Positions 12,741 through 25,605 of a stretch of 64,000 nucleotides of DNA are shown piece after piece. The translations under genes were made by a program, and so were the position numbers. The first letter of the stretch is position 1. Every line of letters begins with the position of its first letter. The notes beneath the pieces were generated by a model. It did not search any database. It saw only the letters and a program-made list of their open reading frames with translations, and was not told the origin of the DNA. The DNA comes from Octopus sinensis (taxonomy: Eukaryota): NCBI RefSeq assembly GCF_006345805.1, contig NC_043005.1, positions 6,324,001 through 6,388,000 of the forward strand, in the 5' to 3' direction.

Positions 12741-12938
12741 TTGTTTATATTTTGAACTACATATATATACGGAGGCACCAAAATCTTTTAAGTGCTTAAG
12801 CCTTGATGGATCTTGATCCGGGCCTGCTTCTGCGAGACTTGAACCCAGACTGTAAACCAAATATTTAACTAACATGAAAATCTCGAGTACACAACACACC
12901 CACCCACACTCACACACATACACATGTATTGTTTAAAC

Positions 12939-13174
12939 CAGTATTTCTCAACCATTTCTCCCTATGAACCTCTCTGAATGGGTCTTCAAAGCCATTCGAT
13001 GTTTAAAAAATCCCATTATATTTTGATAATTAGATATTTTTAGAAATTTTATTTTTAGAAATTGTTAGAACATCTGGTGCATTGCAGAAGCAGAGCCAAT
13101 TCTTTGTACACAAATCTTAACAAAATCTTATGTGGACCCGCAATGGACATGTGGACTCTGATTGAGAATTACTA
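12939..13174. mobile_element. hAT (Charlie-like) MITE
   Basis: TIRs CAGTATTTCTCAACC / GATTGAGAATTACTA; TSD GTTTAAAC / GCCTAAAC. Confidence 0.65.
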
Positions 13175-13688
13175 GCCTAAACTAACCCAGGAAGTCCAGC
13201 AACCCGCCCGTCGAATATCAAAGAGGTCCTTGGTAATATCCCTGTGTTATAATGGTCCTCGAGGTTTCACGCGCAGTATCAGAGACCTCGACCAAGCAAC
13301 GTTTGTTTGTACTGCTTTCTACTTCACTAAACACCTAATGGCACTCCTTTCATGCCACTATCTTTGGTATTATTTTCGATGCATGTATTTAGATAAATAT
13401 ATGTCCACGGTAATGGGAAAATCCTGTATTATCCAATCTACCAAGCTGCAACGGATGGGCTTCCATACATTACTCACGAATATCTCACATGAAGCTGCGC
13501 TAATTAATAACTATTTCACAAATTCAGTTAACGAAATTACTGGATTTTACGACATCGATTAACAAAACTGTGGGATTTTACCAGTTCGTTAATGATATCA
13601 TGAGATTTGACGACATCTGTTAACAAAATTATGGGTTTTCACCATTGTCACTTGTGATGCTTGTTCGCTTTTTAAGACACAAAACTGC

Positions 13689-13832
13689 TTGTTAACCAGT
13701 ATAATTAGTTGTTAACCAGTATAATTAGTTGTTAACCAGTATAATTAGTTGTTAACCAGTATAATTAGTTGTTAACCAGTATAATTAGTTGTTAACCAGT
13801 ATAATTAGTTGTTAACCAGTATAATTAGTTGT
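13689..13832. repeat. Perfect 20-bp minisatellite (TTGTTAACCAGTATAATTAG) x7
   Basis: Directly visible; no spacers. Confidence 0.97.
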
Positions 13833-14029
13833 CTGGCACCTAATGTGGAAAATTTATGAATCAGCCATTAAAATCAAAACCTTAAGTGCTTCGATTTCAT
13901 GTTTCAATGAATGGCGCATAGACATGGTACCTAGTTACCTCGATGTAAAATAGGGCGAGATGGCAAGACCGGCTCACAAACACAGCCTCGTGGGAATAGG
14001 CGAGCTAGCAACCTTCTGAAACCCCAGTC

Positions 14030-14240
14030 AAGAGGAGGAAATGAGGGTTGGCTGAGACACATCCTACGGAAACCTGTTTCCAATATTACAAGGTAACCCC
14101 ACGAGAGACGGAAACATCTCAGACCAAAATCAATACGCAGAAGGCTCACAAAAATTAAAGAAATGGCGGGCATCTATACAAGGGGACAAAGATCGAGAGA
14201 AGCTGGAGATCTCTTATTTGCACTCTATGCTCAAGCAGAA
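14030..14240 (+). mobile_element. Decayed RTE-clade LINE 3' end
   Basis: Translates to WLRHILRKPVSNITR, with a downstream DR..W..L...LC-like remnant followed by a GAAGA-rich tail. Confidence 0.55.
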
Positions 14241-14724
14241 GATGAAAGAAGATGAAGGAAAAATAGAAAAAGAAAAGATGCAGAAACGAGAAGAAAGAAG
14301 ACGAAGGAGAGGAAAGAGACTTTTTTCTTCTCTTTCATCTTCTTTCTTCGGAAAGAAGACGAAGAAGATAAAGCGACAAAGATGACGAAAACGAAAGAAA
14401 GAAAATAAAGGGGGAGCTAGTGGAGTTAGATTTGATCCGGCGGCAGGCGTAATATATCAACAAGGTCACGTGTAGATCTGTTTTTACATATTACAAAGGT
14501 GAAGTCAGCTAATTTTAAGAAAAAAATAAAAAAGCTCTTTTATCTATTTTGGTTTATTACACCGAAAGCAGCTGAGCACATGTTTCTCCTCAGCAGAAGT
14601 TCTTTTTGTAAATATCAAAACGCATTGACCCTAATTTTATTCAGACGTTGGGAGTTTTTAGTCACTGCTCGAAAATGTCGGTTTCTCCTTTCCAAATATG
14701 TACGTGCGTAATCTAGATGGATGA

Positions 14725-14746
14725 ATGTGTGTGTGAGTGTGTGTGT

Positions 14747-14779
<33 letters not shown>

Positions 14780-14909
14780 TACGTATATATATATACGTAT
14801 ATATATATATATTATATATATATATATTATACATACGTATATATATATATACATACGTATATATATAATATATACTTACGTATATATATATATATATACA
14901 TATGTATAT

Positions 14910-14983
<74 letters not shown>

Positions 14984-15105
14984 GTATGTATACATGTACA
15001 TGCATGCATATTTACACACACATATACACATACATATCTATATACATATACATGTACGTATGGGTATGTAGAAATATTTATATATACATAAATATACACA
15101 CACAC
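14725..15105. repeat. (TG)/(TA)/(CA) microsatellite cluster
   Basis: Directly visible. Confidence 0.93.
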
Positions 15106-15258
15106 AGGTGTTTATGAATTTTGATGCACAAATGACCTTTGCATTAATAAAATCCCCTCAACAACATCAAAAGCGTACCATTAACAATAAATATTGAACA
15201 ACATTCAGCATCCATCCACCTAAAATTGTTAATAGAATTGAGATTAGGGTCCGTTCGT

Positions 15259-15500
15259 TATCATCATCATCATCATCGTTTTAACGTCTGCTGTTCCATT
15301 CTTTGATTAGTTCGACAAAGTTCGTCGAGGCAGATTTTCTACGGCCGGATGTCTATCCTGTCACCAACCCTCACTCGTTTCCAAATAAGACAATATTTCC
15401 CCAAGGCCAGTCATGCTTTTCATGGAAGATTAGAAAAGAAAGACATCGCTTATATGGCGGTGACACTCGTTTACAAGTAACATGCGATGTCAAGATAAAG
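15259..15500 (-). mobile_element. SINE-like family 4 fragment ((GAT)n tail)
   Basis: CATCATCGTTTTAACGTC and TTTCTACGGCCGGATG...CCTGTCACCAACC resemble 31140-31300. Confidence 0.6.
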
Positions 15501-15564
15501 AGACAGAAGACACGCACACACACACATACATCTACGTCACAAACACGTGTGTGTGTGTGAAATA

Positions 15565-15740
15565 GTCCCCCAACACCACCTCTCTTGACAACCGGTGTAG
15601 GTTTATTTACATCCTCATAACTTAGGTGGTTCAATAAAAGAGGCCGATAGGATAAGTACAAGACTTCAAAAAATAATTAGAGGTCGACTAAACCCTTCAA
15701 AGTAGTGCTCCAGTATGGCTACAGTAAAATGACTGAAAAA
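15565..15740 (+). mobile_element. SINE family 1, 3' half, degraded
   Basis: TTGACAACCGGTG...CCGATAGGATAAGTAC...GTGCTCCAGTATGG...ATGACTGAAA. Confidence 0.8.
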
Positions 15741-15834
15741 AAAATAGTTATATTTTTTTTCTCCATGGTGCCTGTCAGTCACAATTATATCGCATTTTAC
15801 CCCTTGAATAATAAACAGACATAAACCAGTTTCT

Positions 15835-16560
15835 ATTTCTATTTCATATCGATTTGTAAAGAAAGGAGCTCTTTTGCCAGACTATAGTTCTCCAATGAGT
15901 AGATCTTTTGTCATTCTTTCGTCTTTCATACAAACTATATAACTAGATAACCTGCTCACCTTAGTTTGTTACGACACAAGATTGATTCTATGCTACGATT
16001 ACAGCTTTCTACCAACAGTAAAGACCACAGGATCAATTACATAGAATACCCTCGAGGTATAGGACAAATATTGTCAAAACTCTTTTGCCAAAAACGCTCC
16101 AACTGTTTCCTGTTTGAGGATAATGTCGGTATTTCACAGCCATGCAACAAAACAGATAAAATGCACGTTTTGAAAACAGCTTTTTTAGAACCACTTTCTT
16201 TTGTATATATTGCTGCAACGAAGGTGGTGGTGGTGGTGGTGTGTGTGTGTGTGTGTGTCTAAAGGGACAGAGAGAGATTGTAGTTCCAGAAAAAGGATCT
16301 AAGCCTCTCCAGATCAAACTGGGAACATTTAAAACTAATCAGGAGAGCGTTATCCCTATAGAGTCTGCCCCGCCTCGAAGTTTGGAAAGCTCTCCCTTAA
16401 ATGGTAAAATATATATAGACCTGCAGGATCGATAACTTCGGCGGAGTCCGAAGAACCCGTAGCCGTGTCAAACTTGCTAATAATAAAAACTTTATTGAAT
16501 AATATGATTGATATCATCGGGTAGTAGTTCTCTATATCGATCTTTATGAACAAGTTTTTG
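15835..16560 (-). mobile_element. Ancient RTE-clade LINE fragment (not represented in the ORF track)
   Basis: Manual minus-strand translation gives KQLERFWQK, SIESILCRNKLR*AGYL and MKDERMTKDLLIGEL*SGKR, matching the RTE C-terminal pattern LRWAGH..RM.D.R.PK..L.GEL..GKR. Confidence 0.7.
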
Positions 16561-16585
16561 TTCAGAAAAACACACACACACAAGC

Positions 16586-16735
16586 ATGGCAGTGTGGTAA
16601 GAAGTTTGCTTCGCAACTACGTGTTTTCAAGTTCAGTCTCACCGCCTGACACCTTGGACAGGTATCGTCTACTGTAACCTCGGGACGATTAAAGAGTGGA
16701 TTTGATAGACGGTAACTGAAAGAAGTCCGCCGCTT
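16586..16735 (+). mobile_element. SINE family 1, 5' half
   Basis: GTGTGGTAAGAAGTTTGCTT...GTTCAGTC...CACCTTGG...TAGACGGTAACTGAAAGAAG. Confidence 0.8.
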
Positions 16736-17751
16736 ACACGCATGCATGTATATATACATACAACGAACCGTCCAACTCATGTCAACACTGAAAAAGGACG
16801 TTAAATGGTGACAGTGTGTAAGTGTCTTTGTGTTTTATTTGGACAGGTCAGGTGCAATTAATGAATGTTAATCAAAGTTATGTCTTCCGAAGTTATGCAT
16901 AAGCGTATGTCTATAGAAAAAGTTAAATGAAATTGAAAAACAAACTGAGGTACCGTCGACCAAACCAGCCGTAACGCATTTAACAACAGTTCTTGTTCAC
17001 CGGATCTGATTCTTTCGCACTGATGAAACAACAATGCATGCAGTAGAATTATTCTACCATGAAACCAGGACTCATATCCGATAATAGAGTTTGCTTGTTA
17101 AAGGCAAAAAGCCCACGTGTTGTGCAGTGCAATTATTCTACCGCGTTAGCAGGTCCTTTTTTTTCCTACAAAATATCCAAAAGCTGTTTATAGTCAGAAA
17201 TGGAAACGAATGCCTGTATACATTAAATTCTGATTCAGAATGAGGTCTAACTTTTCTTCTTTTTTTTTTTCTCATTAATATACAACTTTTCTCTTGAAGT
17301 ATTCACATGGCAAATCACTTTTTCTTTTCTATCTTTCTCTCCTTTTTTTGTATACTAATAGTATACTGTTTTTTATGGGGTTGAAGTTTTTATTCTTCAA
17401 TGTAATTATTCTTCTGAACCTCCCAGGAGAACAAAAAGCAAAAAACGTAAATACTTCGTAGTCTATTTTAAAAAACTAAAACAGTAATTCTTTCTCCGCC
17501 CCCCATCCCTGTGTGTGTTATTCAGATGAACAGGAACAATAGTTAATACGTTTTCCTCTATATTTTGGTGGGAAATCCGAGACGGGCAAGGCAAAGGGGA
17601 AAATGAAACACTTCGTTTGAGTTGTTGTTGCTATTGTTGTTGTCTTGTCCTTGAGATCAAAAGTCATTCAAATCGTGATCTTCTGATCTTCTCAGTTTGT
17701 ATTTCCGGATTTCGTTTAACCCGGACGACATTATCCAATGTGTTCACGTGA

Positions 17752-18447
17752 TCCGTCAGAGATGATATATAAAAACTGAAACTATTTGTTCGGCAATTTC
17801 AATTAAAAGTTTTATATTTCTTTAATTTTTCCCAGTCGAATCGCTTACGCTTTATGCATTGAAAAAAATTTTGCTGTATGTATGTATGTGTGTGTGTGTG
17901 TGTCTGTGTGTATGTGTGTGTGTATGTATGTATGTATGTATGTACGTACGTATGTATGTATGTATGTATATATATATATATATATATATATGAAAGTATA
18001 TGTGCTTATGTGCATGTCTTTATATTTGTGCATGCATACATACATACATACATACATACATACATACATACACACACACATATATACACACACACATACA
18101 TACATAAACATACATACATACATACACACACATACATACACACACATACACACATACACACATACATACATACATACACACACATACATACATACACACA
18201 CATACATACATACATACATACATACATACATACATACATACATACATACATACATACATACATACATACATACATACATACATACATACATACATACATA
18301 CATACATACATACATACATACATACATACATGTACACACAAAAAGTACACGAACAAGAGTAATCCAGCTGAAAATGAATTAAAGAACTAAAAAGGTTTTA
18401 CGGAAATTGCCGAATAGTTTCAGTTTCAATCTAGCATCTCTGAAGGA
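17752..18447. repeat. Fold-back: about 90-bp diverged inverted arms enclosing inverted (TATG)n and (CATA)n arrays
   Basis: TCAGAGATG...AAACTGAAACTATT...CGGCAATTTC...TTCTTTAATT at 17756-17828 is mirrored by AATTAAAGAA...GAAATTGCCGAATAGTTTCAGTTT...CATCTCTGA at 18377-18443. Confidence 0.8.
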
Positions 18448-19009
18448 CCGCCATGTGTACTTTTAAAGCTGGTAAAGGCGCGATATGTGAGAGGCCCAAC
18501 AGTTATTTCTAGCAGACGGCGACGACACGACATCACAGACTTCCTGATTAGTGATGCAACAGGAAGCAATACAACCAAACGCCGTATTATTTATTCTCCC
18601 AATATGGCGTTATAGCCTGGATGCTTACGATAAAGTGAATGCGATTAAAGTCACCCCGAAAGGCCAGATAATGGTGTTGAACCAGCCTATGTCGTATTAA
18701 TATTAACTTAATATTATCAAGCCGTTCCCAACATCTTTTGAAACCGTTGTTTCCGAGAGACAATAGAGTCAGTAAAGAGACAGAAAAAACTACGTTTTGC
18801 AACTCTCAAAGTATTTTATCTCAATTTCACTGATACAAAGCCAAACGCTGGCATTTTCCCGTGCGAATTTGAAATACTTAGAATAAAAAAGAAGAAGAAA
18901 AAAAATGATATTTTATCTTTATTCGCTGTTTTATATTTATTTACCAAAAACAATACAAACAGATTAGATTTAAGGGCGGAAATGGGATTTAACCCATTCA
19001 ATCTCTCTT

Positions 19010-19378
19010 ATCTTAAACTTTTCCAGTTTTTGGACTACGGCCATGCTGGGGTACCACATTGAAAGGTTTTAGTGAGATGAATCGGCCCCAATACTTTTTT
19101 TAAAGCCAAGTTCTAATTCTATCAGTTTACTTTGCAGAACCACTAGCGAACGGGAATGTAAACAAACCAATATCGGTTGTCAAGCGATGGTGGTGGAGGC
19201 ACACACACACACACACATACGATGGGCTTCTCTTAGTTTCCGTCCACCAAATCCACTCACAAGAATTTTATCATCCCGGAGCTATAGTAGAAGATACTTG
19301 CCCAAGGTGCCACGCAGAGGAACTGAACCCGGAACCACATGGTCGGGAAGCAAACTTCTTAGGACACAGCCACGTCTG
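19010..19378 (-). mobile_element. SINE family 1, near full length, diverged
   Basis: CTTGCCCAAGGTGCCACGCAGAGGAACTGAACCCGGAACCACATGG plus a tail remnant GGCCATGCTGGGG. Confidence 0.88.
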
Positions 19379-19933
19379 CACTTATATAAATGAATGAAAA
19401 TTGTGGAAATTCTTCTTTGTAGTTATTGAGATTGGTAAGAGAGAGAGGGGGAGCGAGAGAGACAGACAGGCAGCGAGAAGAAGGAGAGAGAGGAGGGAAA
19501 GAGAGAGGAGAAAGAGAGAGAGGATATGTAAGAATGAGAAGCCAATTTTGAAAATTCTTTGTAATTATTGATATTCGTAAGAGAGAGAGAAAGAGAGTAA
19601 GGAGAGAGATGGAGAGAGAGAGAGAGACAGAGAGTAAGGAGAGAGATGGAGAGAGAGACAGACAGAGAACACATGTAAGAATGAATAACGAGATATTTTT
19701 GTCAATTCATTTCTTCAAGTCCACCAAAAAAGCGCCATTAAAGCATATTTGTTGAGGTTTCGGTTCATATAAGCGTACAACATGGATGTGTGCACAGGTG
19801 TGTATGTGTATGTGTAAATATATATTGTATACCCGTGCGTATGTATGTGTGTATACTAAATAGGCCATCGCTCATGTCATTAAAACTATTTGGACATTTA
19901 AATTTATCATTGCATAAACGTGCACGAACATCT

Positions 19934-20074
19934 ATATATATATATATATATTATATATATATATAATATATATATATATAATATATATTATATATATTAC
20001 ATATATATATATATTATATATACTATATATATATTATATATAACATATATATATATATACATACATATATATAT

Positions 20075-20106
<32 letters not shown>

Positions 20107-20161
20107 AATACAGATATATACATAATATATACTACACATACATATATATATCTATATATAT

Positions 20162-20192
<31 letters not shown>

Positions 20193-20264
20193 ATTATATA
20201 TACATATATATAATACATATATAGATATATTAATATATAGATAATATATATATTTATTATATAC

Positions 20265-20313
<49 letters not shown>

Positions 20314-20421
20314 AGAATGTATATAATGTATATAGATTATGTATATATATATGTATATATATATATGTATATATATATGTAGATCTATATATATATATAT
20401 GCATATATATATATGGATATA

Positions 20422-20469
<48 letters not shown>

Positions 20470-20555
20470 ATATATATATGTATATATATATATATGTATA
20501 TATATATATGTATATATATATGTATGTATGTATGATATACGTATGTGTATGTTTG
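19934..20555. repeat. (TA)n microsatellite
   Basis: Directly visible. Confidence 0.95.
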
Positions 20556-20764
20556 TGCATGCGTCTGTGGTGTCTAAATGTGGTAAGTGTATGGATGCTT
20601 GTGTAGATCATGTCGGCCTCGCTCGATAAGGTCACACAAAGTGAGGGAGAAGTTTAAAAAAGGAAAGCAGTCTCAGCAAATAAAAACAAAAAACAACAAC
20701 AAAAAACTAAATAAATAAAAAGAAAACTATTTGCAATTCAAGTGAGATTGGTGTGATTTATAGC

Positions 20765-20807
<43 letters not shown>

Positions 20808-21084
20808 TCAACTGTTTTAAAGTTTACAATGGAAGTACTGATGTTATCATATATCACATGTAGCGTGTAAATTTGGCAGGGTGGGTCTAATTGGAGGTTT
20901 GGGTCAATGAAAGCTAGAAAGGTCAGGTCAAATATCTAGCGTAAATAAATACACCGAATCAGGAATATATTCGATTTCGTTGTGAAATTCGGCCCACAGG
21001 GGCATTTTCCACAGCTTACTAAAAGATTCGTATCAATGGTTGTCATGGTTATTTAACAACTTTCATCCTATCAATGCATATTAT

Positions 21085-21453
21085 AACAAGAGCACTCAGA
21101 GAATGCAAACCTCCACCAAGGCAACACCAACGTCCTCTCAATGATTAGCCAGAGATGATTTTTAAAATGAGAATATCTGAAATAAACTCGGCTGCTCTCA
21201 CAAACGAGAATACTAAAAATGAACCCGACTGTTCTCAAAGATTAAGTAAAAAAAAAAATGGAAAAATAATCCAGAATCCTTGTCTGGTACCGGATCGATC
21301 CTAAAATCTAATCAGTTCATGACAGTCACGAGGCCAAACGTCCCTGAAAGTTTCATCCGAACCCATCCAGGGGTTTTTGAGATATTTTGTCCACGGTCAA
21401 ACAAACAAAAGCGATTGAAACAATACCTCCGCCTTAGCAAAGGTGGAGGTATT
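21085..21453. mobile_element. Helentron-associated (DINE-1/HINE-like) non-autonomous element
   Basis: Subterminal ACCTCCACC near the left end; terminal palindrome AATACCTCCGCCTT / AAGGTGGAGGTATT; internal AAGTTTCATCCGAA...TTTTGAGATAT and (AAAC)n. Confidence 0.7.
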
Positions 21454-21711
21454 GTTTCACTGATAGTTAAACAGCATCATTGTTATTGATAATATATATT
21501 GCAAATAAACAAACGGGTTATTTGTTTTATTTAATTCAATTAAGTATTCATTTCATGGTTAACATGCAATTTAGGCCTCTACAAAACTGAAAGTAAATTG
21601 TAATAGAAACCATGCATCCATTAGTATGTCTGCACATATATGCACACACACATGCGTATATATACATAGATATATGGATGTATACACACGTGTGCGTGTG
21701 TGCATACATAC

Positions 21712-21759
<48 letters not shown>

Positions 21760-21775
21760 TTTTTTTTTCTTCTCT

Positions 21776-21912
21776 AGGCACAAGGCCAGAAATTTTGGAG
21801 GAGGGGGCCAGTGGATTAGATCGACCCCAGTACGAAACTGGTACTTAATTTATCGACCCCGAAAGGAGGAAAGGCATAGTCGACCTCGGCGGAATTTGAA
21901 CTCAGAACGCAA
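21776..21912 (-). mobile_element. SINE family 2, lacking head
   Basis: ACTGGTACTTAATTTATCGACCCCGAAAGGAGGAAAGGC...GACCTCGGCGGAATTTGAACTCAGAACG. Confidence 0.9.
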
Positions 21913-21933
21913 TGATAGACAAAATACATATAT

Positions 21934-22243
21934 ATTAACATGCAAGTGGCTGAGCACTCCACAGACACGTGTACACTTAACGTAGTTCTCGGGGAGATTC
22001 AGCGTGACACAGAGTGTGACAAGGTTGGCCCCTTTGAAAATACAAGTACAACAGAAACAGGAAAGAAAGTGAGAGAAAGTTGTGGTGAAAGAGTACAACA
22101 GGGTTAACCACCAACCCCTGCCGGAGCCACGTGGAGCTTTAGGTGTTTTCGCTCAATATACACTCACAACATCCGGTCTGGGAATCGAAACCACGATTGC
22201 ACGACCGCGAGTCCGCTGCCCTAACCACTGGGCCATTGCGCCT

Positions 22244-22245
<2 letters not shown>
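21934..22245 (-). mobile_element. SINE family 3 (tRNA-Arg-like head, OR-like), tail type X
   Basis: A-box TGGCCCAGTGG, B-box GTTTCGATTCC, TCG anticodon-like loop. Confidence 0.85.
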
Positions 22246-22287
<42 letters not shown>

Positions 22288-22448
22288 TCATGTATACAAA
22301 CATATCTACACTTGGTAACAAGATGCATACGTATTTCACAGGGTACATCATATTTAGTCTTACCAAGTTATTTCTTATCAAAAGTGCTCAACAAATGCTC
22401 ATTAGGAATCACAAAATAGTTTGCGGCTATGATATCAATTCAATACTG

Positions 22449-22859
22449 GGATCTTTTCGGTTTGAACGGCAGTTTTTAACATAATTTCTAGGCAACTAAA
22501 AAATATTAAACTTCGTATACTGGTAGAATGTGTTTATAAAACATCCTTTTCTCTTGGCTTTATTGAGAAAATTCTATAGTTTGTAAGATATTTGTTGTTG
22601 TTTTTCTTCAATTTCTGTAATTTCAACCAATCAATTACGTCTATTCAGGTAAAAAACATTCTGTGCCGTATGAATATGTCCCTCGTTTAAGAAACAGATT
22701 GGGTTTATTTACATTTGTGAAGAAAAAAAAGATACCCTTCCCCCAGCCCTAACCCTAAAAGAAATTGAAATGCAATAGATCGATACTAGGGTCATAATTA
22801 TGGGTGACAATTTCATATGACACCGCTAGAAAAAACTGCCGTTCAAACCGAAAAGATCC
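22449..22859. mobile_element. MITE with perfect 29-bp TIRs and 8-bp TSD (Merlin-like)
   Basis: GGATCTTTTCGGTTTGAACGGCAGTTTTT / AAAAACTGCCGTTCAAACCGAAAAGATCC; TSD CAATACTG / GAATACTG. Confidence 0.88.
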
Positions 22860-22956
22860 GAATACTGTAAGTGAGCGAGGGAGTGCAATATGTTGCAGAG
22901 CAGCAAACAACGAGAGAAGAATTTACGCAATGCAATTATACGACATATAGATACGT

Positions 22957-22990
<34 letters not shown>

Positions 22991-23141
22991 AGTGTTTCCT
23001 TGCCTCTACCTCCTTCTCTCTCCCTCTTCAATCCTTTTTTAAGTCTCTTGATGTTCTTCTCATTTTTCTTCTCCCTTTTGGCCTCTGCTCCTTTGTACCA
23101 ACACTTGTTACTTCCCCGCCTTCTCCCCGCTTCTTACACAC

Positions 23142-23241
23142 NNNNNNNNNNNNNNNNNNNNNNNNNNNNNNNNNNNNNNNNNNNNNNNNNNNNNNNNNNN
23201 NNNNNNNNNNNNNNNNNNNNNNNNNNNNNNNNNNNNNNNNN
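23142..23241. other. Assembly gap (100 N)
   Basis: Exactly 100 Ns, a placeholder of unknown true size. Confidence 0.99.
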
Positions 23242-24900
23242 TGTTAATAAATAACACAAAAGAGATCGTGGCATTGTTTCCTGCCTCCTTATTATATTCC
23301 CGTTGCCCCTCTCTCTCTCTTAATACCTATGTCAACATTTATAAATCATAATGGCTCTCCTACTTTATTGTTTTCCTTCAACAACTTAACTGTCTTTCCG
23401 GCTTCTCGATATCGCCAAACAGCTTTCTCTTTTTATCTTTTACTTTCTGTCTACCTACCAACCTACACACCTTTCTTTCTTTCTATCTATCTATCTATCC
23501 ATCCATCTACATACGTGTTTTCTCTACATATTCTTTCTAATTATCAATCTGTCTGTACCGCACTTTCTTCCTATTCTTCTTTACCTTCTGATATATCTAA
23601 TTTGTCTATAAAATACATCCAAAATATATAACTGGAAAATGGCGCTCGTTATCATTTTAATCTGACAACCACAATAACAGCTTGGACAGCAATAGGTCAA
23701 CCTCAACGGGAAGCCACACTCAGCTGCTCATAATGTCATTAGGGTGAGAACTAGAAAAAAATATATAATAAAAGAAAGAGAGAATGGGTTGTCTCGATCA
23801 TTTTACATCATCATCACCAGCCTACACATCAGAGCAGACTGCCACACAGAAAGAGCATCGTGAATGAAATATATTTAAAGGGGCTCAATCATTAAGTAGC
23901 TAAAGATGGTACGCCTACACCGGAAGCTGTGTCATATTTTACGTAAGGAGTGTATCTTGTGAGACAGTAAAAAGAATTTTTGAGGGAGGTTTAGGCAAAA
24001 CGGTGTATGATGAGGAAACACAGAAAAGAAGAAGAAAAACAACATAAATAAAGGAAATAAACGAAAGAATTCAGAGTCTATTTTCTACTCTCTGACGTCT
24101 TCAACCTAAACTTAACCACGCAAAAGAGAACTGCGTTAGTTTTTAATTCAGTTTTTGTTTATTTCTATTTATTTATACATTCATTTATTTTGCTGATTTC
24201 TCTCTGCTTTTTCGGTCTTTAAATTGCTTTGCATTCGTTTGTGTTTCTTTCTCGGGATGAATGTCATTTTCTCACACATACATATACGCACACTCACATA
24301 TATGTGTATGTATGCATGCACACACACGTTTATATACAGACACTCATATATACTCACATCCAACCTCCCCCCCCCCCATACACACTCACACATACAAACA
24401 CCCACCCACCCAGCCATCTAAGTGCTGCAAATCAAGGTGAATACCCTTTGCTAGTGATGTCTCACAAATTGGAACCTGTCCATTACATTCACCTGTTGGT
24501 TTAAAAGACACGGTACACTCCTAGCGGTTGCGTGTCTTTATTTTCCCAAACATTTGGATTAGCTCATATTTGAGTCATCTCCCTTGCTTGTCTACAGTGA
24601 GTAGTTGTTTCCTAATTGCAAGGATAATTCTCAGATAATTAAAGCTTTTTACCTCAAAGCTTTACGTATGTGAGACACAACCACAAATATATATATGTAT
24701 GTGTATATATACATACATATATATACGGCAATAAGAAAATGGAGGAGATCAAGAGTTGATATTCATCAACTTTTAGACATTATATTGCATGTTTAGTATT
24801 AAAAAACAACAACAATAACAATATACATGTATAACGTATTATGCTATACATAATACCAGTAATTATTAAAATATATAACGTAGAACATATAAAGTAGAAT

Positions 24901-24968
24901 AGTTTCTTACAGCTGTTTCAGCCAAGAGGTCATAGTACCCCTCTTTACTTCCATCTCTTCGGTGAACT
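24901..24968 (-). ncRNA. Minimal hammerhead-like motif, U4C variant, extended stem II
   Basis: Minus strand: AGTTCA / CCGAAGA / ...AAGAGG-loop-CCTCTT... / GAAA / CAGCTG / TA / AGAAACT. Confidence 0.5.
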
Positions 24969-25294
24969 GAAGTATTTGGTAGATATATATATATATATAT
25001 ATATATATACCACACACACACACATATTTACGTACAAACATACCCATAGGTACATACATATTTCATGTGTTGAGAAGGGAGGACTACTGTAGCAATTCGT
25101 ATTTTTCTTTTTATATAATTATAATAATTATATACAAACATATAAACATGCAATATGTTGTCTATTCAGGGGTTGGAGATAAAGGCCCACAACAAGTGGG
25201 TTAGAGTTTATATTAATACCTGTGATATTAGTCGGCACTAAAAGTAATAAAATATAGATAGATAGACAGATAATATAAAGAGAGATTCATATCT

Positions 25295-25330
25295 ATATAT
25301 AATATATATATATATATACATATATATATA

Positions 25331-25364
<34 letters not shown>

Positions 25365-25553
25365 TATATATATATATATATATATGCATATGTATATGTT
25401 AATATGCATATGTATATACATATATATATATATGTATGTATAATATGCATATATACACATATATATGCATGTATATATGCATATATACACATATAATGCA
25501 TATTAACACATATATATGCATATATCACATATATGCATATATACACATATATA

Positions 25554-25605
<52 letters not shown>

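Larger units (their letters stand above)
11928..12826. mobile_element. hAT-like non-autonomous DNA transposon inserted in a SINE family 2 copy
   Basis: TIRs CAGGGCTGGATTAA / TTGATCCGGGCCTG. Decayed 8-bp TSD CCTCGGTG / CTTCTGCG. The SINE sequence resumes after 12834. Confidence 0.65.

Noticed and set aside
13689-13832. CRISPR-like regular repeat
   Set aside because: Head-to-tail units with no spacers, no cas genes, eukaryotic context.
17019-17072. CTGATGA...GAAAC hammerhead-like spacing
   Set aside because: No UH site or stem I complement.
22170-22245. tRNA genes (also 44520-44594, 47515-47590, 28757-28830)
   Set aside because: tRNA-derived SINE heads continuous with SINE bodies; no proper acceptor stem.
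22748-22759. Interstitial telomere
   Set aside because: Only two CCCTAA units, inside a MITE.
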